Source: Felis catus
Taxonomy: Eukaryota
Length of the DNA stretch: 64,000 bases
Direction of reading: 5' to 3'
Assembly: GCF_018350175.1 (NCBI RefSeq)
Contig: NC_058368.1
Coordinates: 29,452,001 to 29,516,000 of the forward strand
Part shown: one piece after another, positions 12,263 through 22,969 of the stretch
How positions within the stretch are numbered: position 1 is the first letter of the stretch
Layout of the letters: each line of letters begins with the position of its first letter
Made by a program: the position numbers and the translations under genes
The notes under the pieces: model-generated
Seen by the model: the letters and a program-made list of their open reading frames with translations, nothing else
What the model was told of the DNA's origin: nothing
Databases searched by the model: none

Positions 12263-12992
12263 TGGTGACTATGTGGTAAAAAAAGGTATCCTTATATAAG
12301 AATTATATGTAAACTGGTCTAACCACTATGGAGAACATATGGAGGTTCCTCAAAAAAATAAAAATAGATCTATGATCTGACCCACCAGTTCCACCTCTGG
12401 GTATATATCCAAAGGAAATGTAAATAGGATTTCAAAAAGATATATGCACTCCCACACTTACTGCAGCATTACTCACAAGAGCCAAAGTATGGCCATACCT
12501 AAATGCCCATCAACAGATGAATGGACAAAAAAGATGTAGTACATATATATAATGGAATACTATGCAGGCACGAGAAAGGAGGATATCCTGTCATTTGCAA
12601 CAACATGGATGGACCCTGAGCATAATATGCTAATACATGAGACAAGTCAAAGAAAAGACAAGCATACTGTATGATATCACCTATAAGTAGAATCTAAAAA
12701 AGTCAAACTCCTAAAAACCAGAAAGCAAAATTGTTGTTACCAGGGAATAGGGGATTGGAAGGGTTAAGGCTGATATTGTTTAAGGGTACAAACTGGCAAG
12801 AAGTAGTAAGTATATAAGCCATAGAGATTTAATACACAGTATAATGAATATAGACAACAAATACTGTCATTAGGTAATGTGATAAATACTGCTAAAGCAG
12901 CAATCACATTATATATAAATGTATCAGAATAACACCTGCATACCTTAAACTTACACATGTCAAATTTACATGTCAAATTTATCCAATTAAAA
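12263..12992 (+). mobile_element. 5'-truncated L1 (L1MA-like) 3' end
   Basis: L1 3' motifs; 16-bp TSD agattat(t/c)taccttct at 12247-12262 and 12993-13008. Confidence 0.85.
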
Positions 12993-13447
12993 AGATTATC
13001 TACCTTCTAGTGGTAAAATCAGTAAATTTGTCCACAAAAGGCTAATTCATTATAACTCAACTATATAAACGAACATAATTTATAGTTTTCACCATATGGA
13101 TAAAGTGAATAGTGGGTATAATGAAAGGCCTATTTTTTAATGAATAGTTCCTTTTAGCCAAAAACCTAAAACACTCAATTGTCTCTGAAATGAACACTGA
13201 TCTAAAACAGAACTAGGAACTAACTAACTACCAAAATGGTATGGTTGTGAATGAAGGTGTTAAAAGATGAAGCTTTAAAGTAAAAACAAAGTGCAGGAGT
13301 AAAGTCCCATAGTCTAAATAGAGCTATGATGCATAGGAAAAGCACTAAGCGTATACCCTGAGTGTATAACCTCTTTATGGAAACAATAAAAGCTCACTTA
13401 GCATGACCTCTGATGTTAGTTTTAAAACATGCTGGCTGCTTTTTTAC

Positions 13448-13571
13448 CTGACTCTAAGCCAAGTCTTTTCAAATCCTCTTGGTAGGCTTTCAGGGCAGCT
13501 GCCTCCATTGCGGCAAACTCCTTTGATGCCTTTTCTTCTTCCTTTGCCTTATCCAGGCTTTTCTGTTTAAT
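13448..13571 (-). CDS. WBP4: WBP4 exon 4 (coiled-coil region)
   Basis: ccatag|ATT AAA CAG...GAG TCA G|gtaaaa; 124 nt, IKQKSLDKAKEEEKASKEFAAMEAAALKAYQEDLKRLGLES. Confidence 0.95.
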
Positions 13572-13660
13572 CTATGGAAGACACATATAAAAGTGAAAGC
13601 CAGGTGAAGGACTGATATTTACACAGAAAAATTAGCAAAGAAAGAAATAAGCTAAATTAC

Positions 13661-13723
13661 CTCACTGATCCTCTTTGCCACATTTTCCTTATGATTCTTT
13701 CCTCTTTCGTGAAATTCAACACT
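13661..13723 (-). CDS. WBP4: WBP4 exon 3 (C-half of matrin/U1-C-type zinc finger)
   Basis: ttcaag|AGT GTT GAA...AGT GAG|gtaatt; 63 nt, SVEFHERGKNHKENVAKRISE (H..H ligands). Confidence 0.95.
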
Positions 13724-15842
13724 CTTGAAAATGAATAAAAGAGAAAATGCAAAGGAAAGCTACGTAAAATATCATAATGTTCATACTAAATAAGTAACAG
13801 TAAATTTGGGAATGTAACATAACAAGATTGAAATAAAAAATGATTGACAGGAAAAAGAATAATTTTAAAGCAAATTAGACCTTTTTTTATCAAATGATGC
13901 TAGGGAACTGAACCATGTTATTTATTATCATACCCTCTGACCAGGTTTTCTTTGGTGCTTAAAATAAACTATGATGACCATATCAATGAAGTAAAATACA
14001 AGATACCCTTGATGACTAATCCAGTGAATATGATTGTAATGAGGGCTCAAACAAAACAGGAAGCCAAAAGAGGAGTGGAAAAAAAACTTCAAGAAACACC
14101 TCTCAACATAAAAAGTCAAAACCAGTTAAGTCCCTAGAATCTGTACTGCTCTATTTGCCACATTAGGCAAGGGACATAGAGAATAAACAATAATCCTCAG
14201 AACCTTATTCCTCCAAATTGGGAGAAAAGTAGACAGTAAAGGATTCCTCCTAAATTGTAAACAAATACATTTATAGAATGTGGTAATGATACAAAATGTA
14301 AAACTCCTGTGAAAGACAATTTGGCACTATCTACCAAAAGTTGGCTGCTGGCATAAAGAATAAAGCTCCCTCTATGGAGAAAGCTCTAGGATCCACTGTT
14401 CAATGAAGAAAACTAACTAACAAACAAAAACCACACTAAACTATGAAGGATAGTGTATACGGTATGCTACATGTTATGTACGTTGGAATAGAAGCCTCTA
14501 TATACATACAGAAACAATGGAAAAATTAGACAAGAAAATGAAAAAAGTGGAACCTACAAAGAATGATGGTAACTGGATGGGACAGTGGAGTGAGTGAATG
14601 TTATTACCTATTTAAAACAGCCAGGAATGCTCCCTAAATTACAAATGTCTGGTTGTATACAGTAAGGAAGTTTGGGTAAATTTTCTACAATTCACTAAAG
14701 TGAATTCCTCTTTAAATGGTAACACTGTAAAACAAATGTTCATCTTCTATTTTTCATATACTGGTTTTCCTAAATTATACCACACAAAGAATATTAAAGG
14801 CCCATTCAAAAGACATTAATTTTGCTTCTAATTAAAGGGCAAATCAATGTATATTAACAATCCAAGGATAAGAAAGACATCCTAGAATGGATTATTTACC
14901 CTTTGTGACTCCTAAAATTCATTCAACTGCTTGGGTAGCTGAAGAGAAGAGAAACTACCAGTAACATGCAGAGATTTCAAAATTTCTGGCATTCATGTGT
15001 AAGGAAGGCCTAAGTTAAACAAGATAGTTGAAAACTTCAGCAACTACTCAAAAGACCAAATACCCAGACAAAACCCTGAAGAAAAACATCCCCAAACTCC
15101 TTGTAGACAATAATAAATATCTACCAAAGAAATACAACACTACTAAAGATGGGACTACTATTTTTTTGTGCATGCAACTCTATCAAGTAAAAAGGAGATA
15201 AATATATATTTCAAAGATACACTGGTATTTATGTACTACATACATACTGCTATGACATGTATTTGAAGGGGGGGGAATCAGTGATGCTTTTGTTTCATGT
15301 CTTAAAAGCTTAATCTAGATTAAGAGATACGGTAGTAAAGTGCTTAACAAAGCTATTTTCATATCCCATGAAAGAGGTAATGATATTCTTTAAAATGTAA
15401 CCATTTATAGCTATAAAATTCTGCAAATATATTTAATTAGAATAGAAAAGATACAAGATAAACTACAATAATTGCTCCTTTTTACACATTAAGGGCTTTG
15501 TCCTTTTGTTTCTTTGTACACGATAGTAGATAGTATTACAGATAGTATTACAAACATCGTGTGGCTAAACACGGATGAGATTACCCACTCAATGTCCATT
15601 TCCTGAATGTCACTGAAGGACCATAGAAAAATAATTTGGCTTACTATATAATCGAATTTAAGCTGATGAAAAAGAAGGAAGCTCACAGCTCTCCTACAAG
15701 AAATGAAAAGACAACAGAAATCCTTCAACTTTGAAAAATCAAAAGCAATATATATGAAGGTACTTTGTAAATGCTGAGTTTAGACAAAAAGGAACACGTG
15801 AATAAAATATTATTAGATTCTCTTATAGTGTAATTATCATAC

Positions 15843-15915
15843 AGGCCTATTGTCCGCTATCCAACACTTGCAGTAATCACAGAATTTCTTTGGTTGCGAC
15901 TTCCAGTAGTCTGCC
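15843..15915 (-). CDS. WBP4: WBP4 exon 2 (N-half of zinc finger)
   Basis: tttcag|G GCA GAC TAC TGG...AGG CCT|gtatga; 73 nt, (M)ADYWKSQPKKFCDYCKCWIADNRP with CxxC. Confidence 0.95.
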
Positions 15916-16861
15916 CTGAAAAAGATAAAAACAAGTCTAAGGTTATTTATAATATAAAAAGGTAAAATTGTGCATGTTTTACATTTTCTTAGAGTTTCAA
16001 TCATAAGCCCCTGTTACTGAATGTTGTCTTATTTTATTATTTATCTCACTGCGGCAGTTAGTCGAAATTGTTGCCAGTAAAAAGGAAAAAAGTCTGCACC
16101 GGATTTAAAACTCCCTTACATAAAACTGTTTTAAAAAAGTTTTTTTTTTTTCTTTTCATTTGCCATGAGAAATAAGAAACATCTTGGAAAAGATTTGTCT
16201 TCTTTACGTCTTTCTGGCATTTTGGGAAGCTGTTGTAATGGGAGGCCTGAAAAAACTCAAGGTTTGCTTTAAATAAAGTTCTTTCCATTAAAAGAGCAAA
16301 GAACAAGACTCCTCAGGTGAGAGACTGTGGTTCCTCCGGGACTATCAGTTAATACAGTTTGTTCTAGAGCCTCAGGGCAAGAGAGAGTTGGAAAAGCCGA
16401 GACCTCTCAGCCGGCAAGACTTAAAAAAGAGCACGCTAGCCAAGACTGGCCGTTTCTACCAGGCGGAGGAGGGCAGCCGTGGCCGAAGTCCAACCCTAAA
16501 GTTTCACAACACCCCACGTTCAAGTGCTACGGCATCGAACAGGGTGCTAGCGACCCCCAACAGTGCAAGTGAGCACCCGGTTGCTTCCCGGGAGGCAGTC
16601 TAACCCCAACTGGCCGCCAGCCTCCCTCCCCAGGCCCGTGCTTCAGGCCCCCAAGGCGCTCCGCAGGGTAGCATTTCTACCCGCCCAGAGAACCGGCCCG
16701 GCCTGTCTGGTGACAGTCCCGAGCGAGTTAAGAACACCTCCGTCACGCCTCCAGCCGAAAGGAGGAGGTGGGGAGGGATGGTGGTGGAGTGCGAGACCCG
16801 CGGGGAAAGGGCCGCCCAGAGAAACAACACTTCGTTGTTTAGAGCCTGAGACCCGACTCAC

Positions 16862-16863
16862 AT
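16862..16863 (-). CDS. WBP4: WBP4 exon 1 coding part (first two bases, AT, of the start codon)
   Basis: ccagtcAT|gtgagt consensus donor inside the CpG island; AT + first G of exon 2 = ATG in frame with MADYWKSQ; 5'UTR extends toward ~17000 (TSS not determinable). Confidence 0.88.
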
Positions 16864-17149
16864 GACTGGACCAGCCGCTCCGCGCGCCGCCCCCGGGTCC
16901 GGCTCGAGCTCGTGTTCCCCGCGCGGGGCGAGGTGAGGCCCGGCCCGCCGCGAGGCCCACCCGAGCCTCCAAGCCCGGACACCTCCCTCTTTCCCCGGGA
17001 CCAGTGTTCCACGGTTCCCAACTACGGGTGCCCAGGCGACTCAATCCGCGTTCGAAATCTCCTCCTCTTCCCCTCCCCCTACAGGGGCGGTACTCCAGGA
17101 TCCTGAGAGGTGGGGTCGGTATAAAGGGGTTGAGGTCACCGAGAAAGGG

Positions 17150-17680
17150 TGAAAGCGCGACGGGACTTGAGCCGAAGGACGAGAACCTCACGCCTCAAGT
17201 TCCCGAATCATCCCGACTTCACTCTCTCTCTTCCCCTGGGATCCAGAACCTCCACCCTTCCTCTAGGCTCGCTGGCTCGTGGCCAAGGAGCTCGCGCGCC
17301 GCCTCCGCCCCGAGCGCAAACAGCTGTTCCCCGAGACGTCGCCGCCCTCAACTTTGCCAACTAGTCCGCACGCCCTTTGACCAGCGGAGCAACCCGGACC
17401 TGTAGGCTGGGGGCCGTTGGCGGAGTTAAAAAAAAGAAAGGTGAAACAGCTGGTTTCGGGGCCGCGAGTTGCTGGGCTTTGCCTCAGAACTTTCCGGAGG
17501 CGGCGGAGTGGCCCCGCCCCGCCCCCGCGACGCCCGCGCGCACGGGCTGTGCTAGTTTCTTCGCTGTGAGAGCGCGTGGGCAGCGGCGGCGGCGGCGGCT
17601 CCAGCGGCGCAAAGGCGACAGCGGGGAGCGGCGGCGCGGGCAAGTGGAGCAGAGGCAGCGGTAGTGCCTGCGTCTGTCAG
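17150..17680 (+). other. ELF1: Non-coding first exon (upstream promoter) of the divergent gene, probably ELF1; 5' boundary approximate
   Basis: GC-rich segment with (CGG)5 at 17584-17598, ending in consensus donor CAG|GTGAGT; no ATG noticed; recalled mammalian synteny WBP4 / tRNA-Glu / ELF1 head-to-head. Confidence 0.65.
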
Positions 17681-17710
17681 GTGAGTCACGGCAGTGTCCC
17701 TACCAGCGCT

Positions 17711-17782
17711 TCCCATATGGTCTAGCGGTTAGGATTCCTGGTTTTCACCCAGGCGGCCCGGGTTCGACTCCCGGTATGGGAA
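17711..17782 (+). tRNA. tRNA-Glu (anticodon TTC)
   Basis: 72-nt cloverleaf: acceptor stem TCCCATA/TATGGGA, anticodon arm CCTGG-TTTTCAC-CCAGG (TTC at 17744-17746), A box TGGTCTAGCGG, B box GGTTCGACTCC. Confidence 0.97.
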
Positions 17783-17791
17783 TGTCGTAGC

Positions 17792-17813
17792 TTTTTTTTT
17801 TTTTTTTTTTTTT
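17792..17813 (+). terminator. RNA polymerase III terminator (T22) of tRNA-Glu
   Basis: Run of 22 T starting 9 nt after the tRNA 3' end. Confidence 0.85.
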
Positions 17814-20514
17814 AAACCGAATGAGGGATCTTACTTATTTTATTTTCAGTAGCTCTGGCTTTCTACTTGTCTCCTTCTCATGATGAGTTTGTGAAAAACG
17901 AGCATTAGTGTAGTTGTTAGCGACTCCGTGACCCGTGCTGCGCCGGGCTGGCTGGAGGAGCGAGTGCGCTCAGGGTCCCCTCGCTTCCCTCCTCTGGCTG
18001 GCGGGGCTGAGCCGCGAGGAAGGAGTTTCACTTTCCCAGGGGCTGCCCGCCCGCTCCTTCGCCCCGAGTCGTCCTTTCCCAGACGCTGGGGAGGTGATGA
18101 TTAACTCTGGCCTCGCCTTATCTCCTCCCAGCGCCCCCCTGGGGCCCACACCCTCCGCGGCCCCAGTTTTCCGACGGTCCCAGGCGACGCGGGGGCGTGT
18201 TCGTCCCCTGCCCGCCGCGAGCCCGCGCCCCTTTCGGAGTCCTCGTTCTCATTCCGCCGGCTGTTGTTCACGGGAACCCCCCCCCCGCCCCGGCCCCCGC
18301 ACAAAGCCTCCTGTCGCGGGGCACGCGGCGGCGAGGCGGTCTGGCGTGCTTCGGTGCCCGCGGGCGCGCTTTCCCGTCCGCGCAGCTGCCCGTCACCGCC
18401 CGACCGGCCGCGTGTCCACCCGGCTCTCCCGCAGCGGCCAGCTCGTCCCAGCTTGACCTCGGGGGCGCTGGTCGCAGCTCAGAAAAGTACCGCGGACTCC
18501 AGAGCCACAGGCTCGAGTGCCTGTCTCTGCCTGGGAAGGCCTCTGGGGAAGGGAATGCGCGTCCCCCCCCCCCACAACCCCGCTTTAAAGCGCGCGCGCG
18601 CACATGTTGCGGAGGAAAAAAAAACACCACTACGATGAGATGCCTTTCAAGAAGAAATTTAACTTTCCAAAGGGTCTAACGTTTTGAGCGCCTCTGATAG
18701 AAAATCTTGGGGTGGAGGTGGGGCTTGGAAGAGAGAAAATTGGCTGAAGACTGGGGAGGGGATGTTCCAACAAAGTTTCACTGTATTTTTAAGTATAGAA
18801 GCCCTGTGTTTATTACAAAGAAGGGGCAGCTGTGTCAGCAGCATGTGAGCTGTAAATGAAACAAAAGCGTTATCTTAAATGCAAGCTGAAATTAGAAAAG
18901 GGGGTGAGCTATAATGTTTAGTCCATTGGGCTTCTGGGAACAAATAGAGAAGGAAAAAGTGGCTCTTGTGGATGGGTTTCTGGTCAGTGCCATTACTAAG
19001 AGCAGATGATTGGGTGGTTAGTGTGCGCATTCCCAAACTTATATTTTGCCGGCACAATGAGTTTTGAAACAATCTGTTAACGTGATCCGCATGATTAAGG
19101 ATTAATCACTTTTATATTGTAAATAAACTCCCAGAACTAGAAGTATTTTATATGTTTTTTAATTCAAATGTTTACACCAAGCACCATCACATGCTTTTGA
19201 AAGTTACTGTTGTTGACGTTGGTGTAAGTTGTGGGTACAACACTGAATGTAATTGTGTTTTGGCTCCTGTCATTAGCTTGCGATTGACTTTTTGTGGATC
19301 TTTCACCTTCTCTGTACTCTGGGTTTACAGCCATAAATTCTTGATAATACGTATCACTCCAAAACTTTAGATAGAATGGCAAGGATTGTTGAGCATTCTT
19401 GAATAGGTAATGTGAGTGGGAAAGGTTCATTTTTTAATTTTTTTTTTTGGAAAAGTTTCATTTAAAATGAAGAATGGGATCATGTCATTATTGAGAAACT
19501 ACTGAAGACTTTGGTCTGAATTTGGGTGGAACGAAGCCCCCTTCCTCGTGTCCAGTGAGGGCTTAACTCTTGACTTTACATTTTGTGATGATTTGGTATC
19601 ATACTGTACCTAACGGTGCTAAAATGGATGTGATTTTCAGTTGAGCACCCAGGAATTGCAAATAGCTTTGTGTATACTTGAAGGTATGCTGAGGGCAGGA
19701 GTTTGGTGACGGTATTTCTCAGATTCATGTATTGTTATAGACCAGGCCAAACAAGGTATCTGAGTTGCAGAAGTGAGTGCTACAGGAACCCAGAGGTGAG
19801 ATGTCAGTTCTGTTCAGGAAAGAGGACTGGAAAGGAGAGGTAGAAGGGAGAGTATTTGCCCTGGACCTTGGAGAACTGGTTGGATTTCTCCTGGTGGAGA
19901 ATGTGTCTCCTAAAGCTGAGGGGAGTTGAGGGTGGGGGAGCTGGGGAGAGTTGGGATCAACAAGTATGAAGTTGGCAAATAGTCTGGACACAGGTCTTGG
20001 AGTGAGAAGCATGTGGAAGAGAATTTCACCTTAATAAATTTTGACGAGGTGAGAGGTTCTTTTATCAAAGGATTGGTGTTTATGTGACCAGGGTTTTAAC
20101 AACCCTTTTCCTTTGAAAAAACCAAGTAGAGAAGTAACATGTGAAAACTTACTGTTTTAAAAAATTCAAGTAATATAAACATGTGCCCATAGGTTTTGTT
20201 TACTAGTTGAATATTAACTTTTAATAGAATGAGAAAAGCAGTCAGAATTCAATTTGAAAAAATGAAATCTAAGTTTAAATCATGAGAATTATTTGCAATT
20301 ATATTCTTACTAGCTTGCTTTATTGAAAATGACCTTAATATTCTAAGACTGAGGTGCTAGTTACTGTCAGTAAGGCATACACCTTAAATAGGTTAAGACT
20401 AGGTGATAAATTTGTGCTCTTGCCTTGTTACTAAAAGGCCATTGGTAGTCACATTTTAGGTGTTCTCTCCTGGACCACAGAATAAAGTGATACTAATTGA
20501 ACTGCATTTATTTA

Positions 20515-20731
20515 TTTTTATTTTTTTTTAATGTTTATTTATTTTTGAGAGAGAGAGACATAGAGTGCAAGCAGGGGAGCAGCAGAGAGAGGGAGGACAC
20601 AGATTCTGAAGCAGGCTCCAGGCTCTGGGCTGTCGGTACAGAGCCTGATATGGGGCTCAAACTCATGAAGCGTGATATCATGACATGGGCCGAAGTCGGC
20701 TGCTTAGCCGACTGAGCTACCCAGATGCCCC
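20515..20731 (-). mobile_element. CanSINE
   Basis: Typical body; TSD ttgaa..gcatttattta. Confidence 0.9.
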
Positions 20732-20899
20732 TTGAATCGCATTTATTTACCCAAATGGTCTCTTTAATCTTTGGTACTGTTAGATGCAATCAGAAGATAT
20801 GTGACAGTTTAATAAATATTTTCACAGATGAACACCTATCTTTAAAGAAATACAAAGGATTGAAAAGAAATACAAGGGGTGGTGGCATTTTAAAATCCA

Positions 20900-21280
20900 A
20901 AGACGTTACTGTGGTCTCTGAGGCCCAATATCATCTGGCCTCTGCTTACCTCCCCAACTTCATCTCCTGCTTTCTCTGCCTCTTCATTATGCATCAGCCA
21001 CACTGGCTTCCTTTTTGTTCCTTGAACGTGCCAAACTTCTTCTTTTATCACTTTTATTTCTAGCTGTTTCCACTGCCTGGAATATCTCTCCTCCAGCTAT
21101 TCATATTTCAGGTCAACCTTACTTTCTCAGTGAGGTCTTTTTGACCACCCTTTTCTTTTGGTTACATTACTCTCTTGTTTTCTCCTTTTTCTTAGTTATC
21201 TGAAATTAACATGTTTGTTTCTATTTATTTCTTTTTCCACTAGAATGTAAGTTCCATGAGGGTAAGGATATCACAGAGTG
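20900..21280 (+). mobile_element. L2 3' fragment
   Basis: cagccacactggcttcct..gttccttgaacgtgccaa, cactagaatgtaagttccatgagggt motifs. Confidence 0.7.
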
Positions 21281-21311
21281 AGATCATTCTTATTCTTTAA
21301 GATTCGAGCGA

Positions 21312-21990
21312 AAGTGAATACATTAGAACCCTCATATAGTGCTGGTAGACATGTAAAATGGTACAGTCACTCTGGAAAACGGGATGGCAGTTCCCTCAAA
21401 ATGTTAAACATAGAATTACAATACGACCCAACAGTTCCATTCCTAGGTATATACCGAAGATAAATTAACACATGTCCGCAAAAAAATATGTACACACGTT
21501 TATAACAACATTATTCATAAGCAGAAAGTAGAAACAACCCAAATGTCTATCAACTGAATAAATAAAATGAGAATGTATCCATACAGTCAAATATTATTTG
21601 TCAATAAAAGGGAATGAACTGGTACATGACACAGTATGGATCAATCTCAAGACCATATGCTAAGTGAAAGAAGCTGGGCTCAAAAGACCCCATTTTCTAT
21701 GATTCCATTTATATGAACTGTCCAGAATTAGGTAAATCTAGAAGAGAAAGAGTATAGTTTATGGTTGCTGAGGATTGAGGGCAGGGGACACAGTGGTTAA
21801 AAGGCATGAGGAGTAACTGCTAATGTAGGTATAAGGTTTCTTTTTAGAGTGGTTGAAAGGTCTTAAAATCATTTAATCATCTAATAATGATAATGGTTGC
21901 ACAACTGTAAACTAAAAATCATTCAGCTCTACTCTTTGAACGGGTGAACTTTGTGATGGTATGTAGATTATATCAACAAAATTGTTAAAA
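21312..21990 (+). mobile_element. L1MB-like 3' fragment
   Basis: L1 ORF2 end (KMLNIELQYDPTVPFLGIY) and 3'UTR. Confidence 0.8.
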
Positions 21991-22737
21991 GATTGAAGCA
22001 AAAAACATGTAATATTACATTTTACATTTAGCATTTGGATAGTATTTTTAAAATGTTAATGGAATAATTTAACACTGCAATTCTAGCTCCTAGATAGTCC
22101 AGGAACGTATCAAGTGTTCAATAAATAACTGATGAAAGAGGGTTAAAGTATACAGATAATTATGATGCAATGTATAGTGTGATAAATGCTCAGATAAATG
22201 CCCATAAAAGCCATGGGTTTGAAGGTCTCTAAAATATCACATCTGGATTCACGTGAAGTGAATGGGGAGAGGCCTCTTCTAGGAGGCAACGTTTGAGATG
22301 GGCTTTGAAGTCTGGTTAGGCTTTTGCTCATGGAGATGATACGGTGAAAGGCAAAGCATTAAGAAGGAAGCAAGCAGGAGCAGAGGCACATTAACAGTTT
22401 GTAGCACATTTTGGCTGAACTGAGGGTACATGTGGGATAGGAATAGGAAATAAGGCTGCAAAAATAGATTAGGGCTTGTAGCAGACAATGTCAGTGCTGG
22501 CAGATCTCTGGTATCTTTATCATCCCCCTCAACCACTAGTGTGTTTCCAGTGGCCCATACTTGTGGAGAACTAGAAGTGCTTGGGGGCTTATCCCCTTAC
22601 CCCTAACAACTTTGAATTCAAAACTGTCCAGTAAAGAGAATAACTTTTAAGCAGGAACTTTGCCTTATTCTCTTCTGTATCATCAGCACCTGGAACAGTG
22701 CTTGGCACTTGGAGAACATTTAGAAGTGTTTGAATGT

Positions 22738-22969
22738 GGGGCGCCTGGGTGGCTCAGTCGGTTAAGCGTCCGACTTTGGCTCAGGTCGCGATCTCGCGGT
22801 ATGTGAGTTTGAGCCCCGCGTCGGGCTCTGTGCTGACTGCTCGGAGCCTGGAGCCTGTTTCAGATTCTGTGTCTCCCTCTCTCTCTGACCCTCCCCTGTT
22901 CATGCTCTGTGTCTCTCTGTCGCAAAAATAAATAAACGTTAAAAAAAAAAAAATTAAAAGAAAAAAAAA
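22738..22969 (+). mobile_element. Young felid SINE (SINEC_Fc) inserted in an L2 tail
   Basis: CpG-rich intact head GGGGCGCCTGGGTGGCTCAGTCGG; perfect 15-bp TSD agaagtgtttgaatg at 22722-22736 and 22970-22984. Confidence 0.93.

Larger units (their letters stand above)
16400..18620. promoter_or_regulatory. CpG island / bidirectional promoter shared by WBP4 (-) and ELF1 upstream promoter (+)
   Basis: Very GC- and CpG-rich against AT-rich flanks; GC boxes at 17510-17526; TATA-like TATAAAG at 17120-17126; divergent consensus splice donors at 16861 (-) and 17681 (+). Confidence 0.9.

Noticed and set aside
13724..15842. WBP4 intron 2 as a U12-type intron (GTAT start)
   Set aside because: The donor is GTATGATA, not RTATCCTT; it reads as a weak U2 donor.
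16327..18679. Many overlapping 60-182 aa ORFs on both strands
   Set aside because: Expected from stop-codon scarcity in a CpG island; Pro/Arg/Gly/Ala-rich, mostly non-ATG starts, no recognisable domain.
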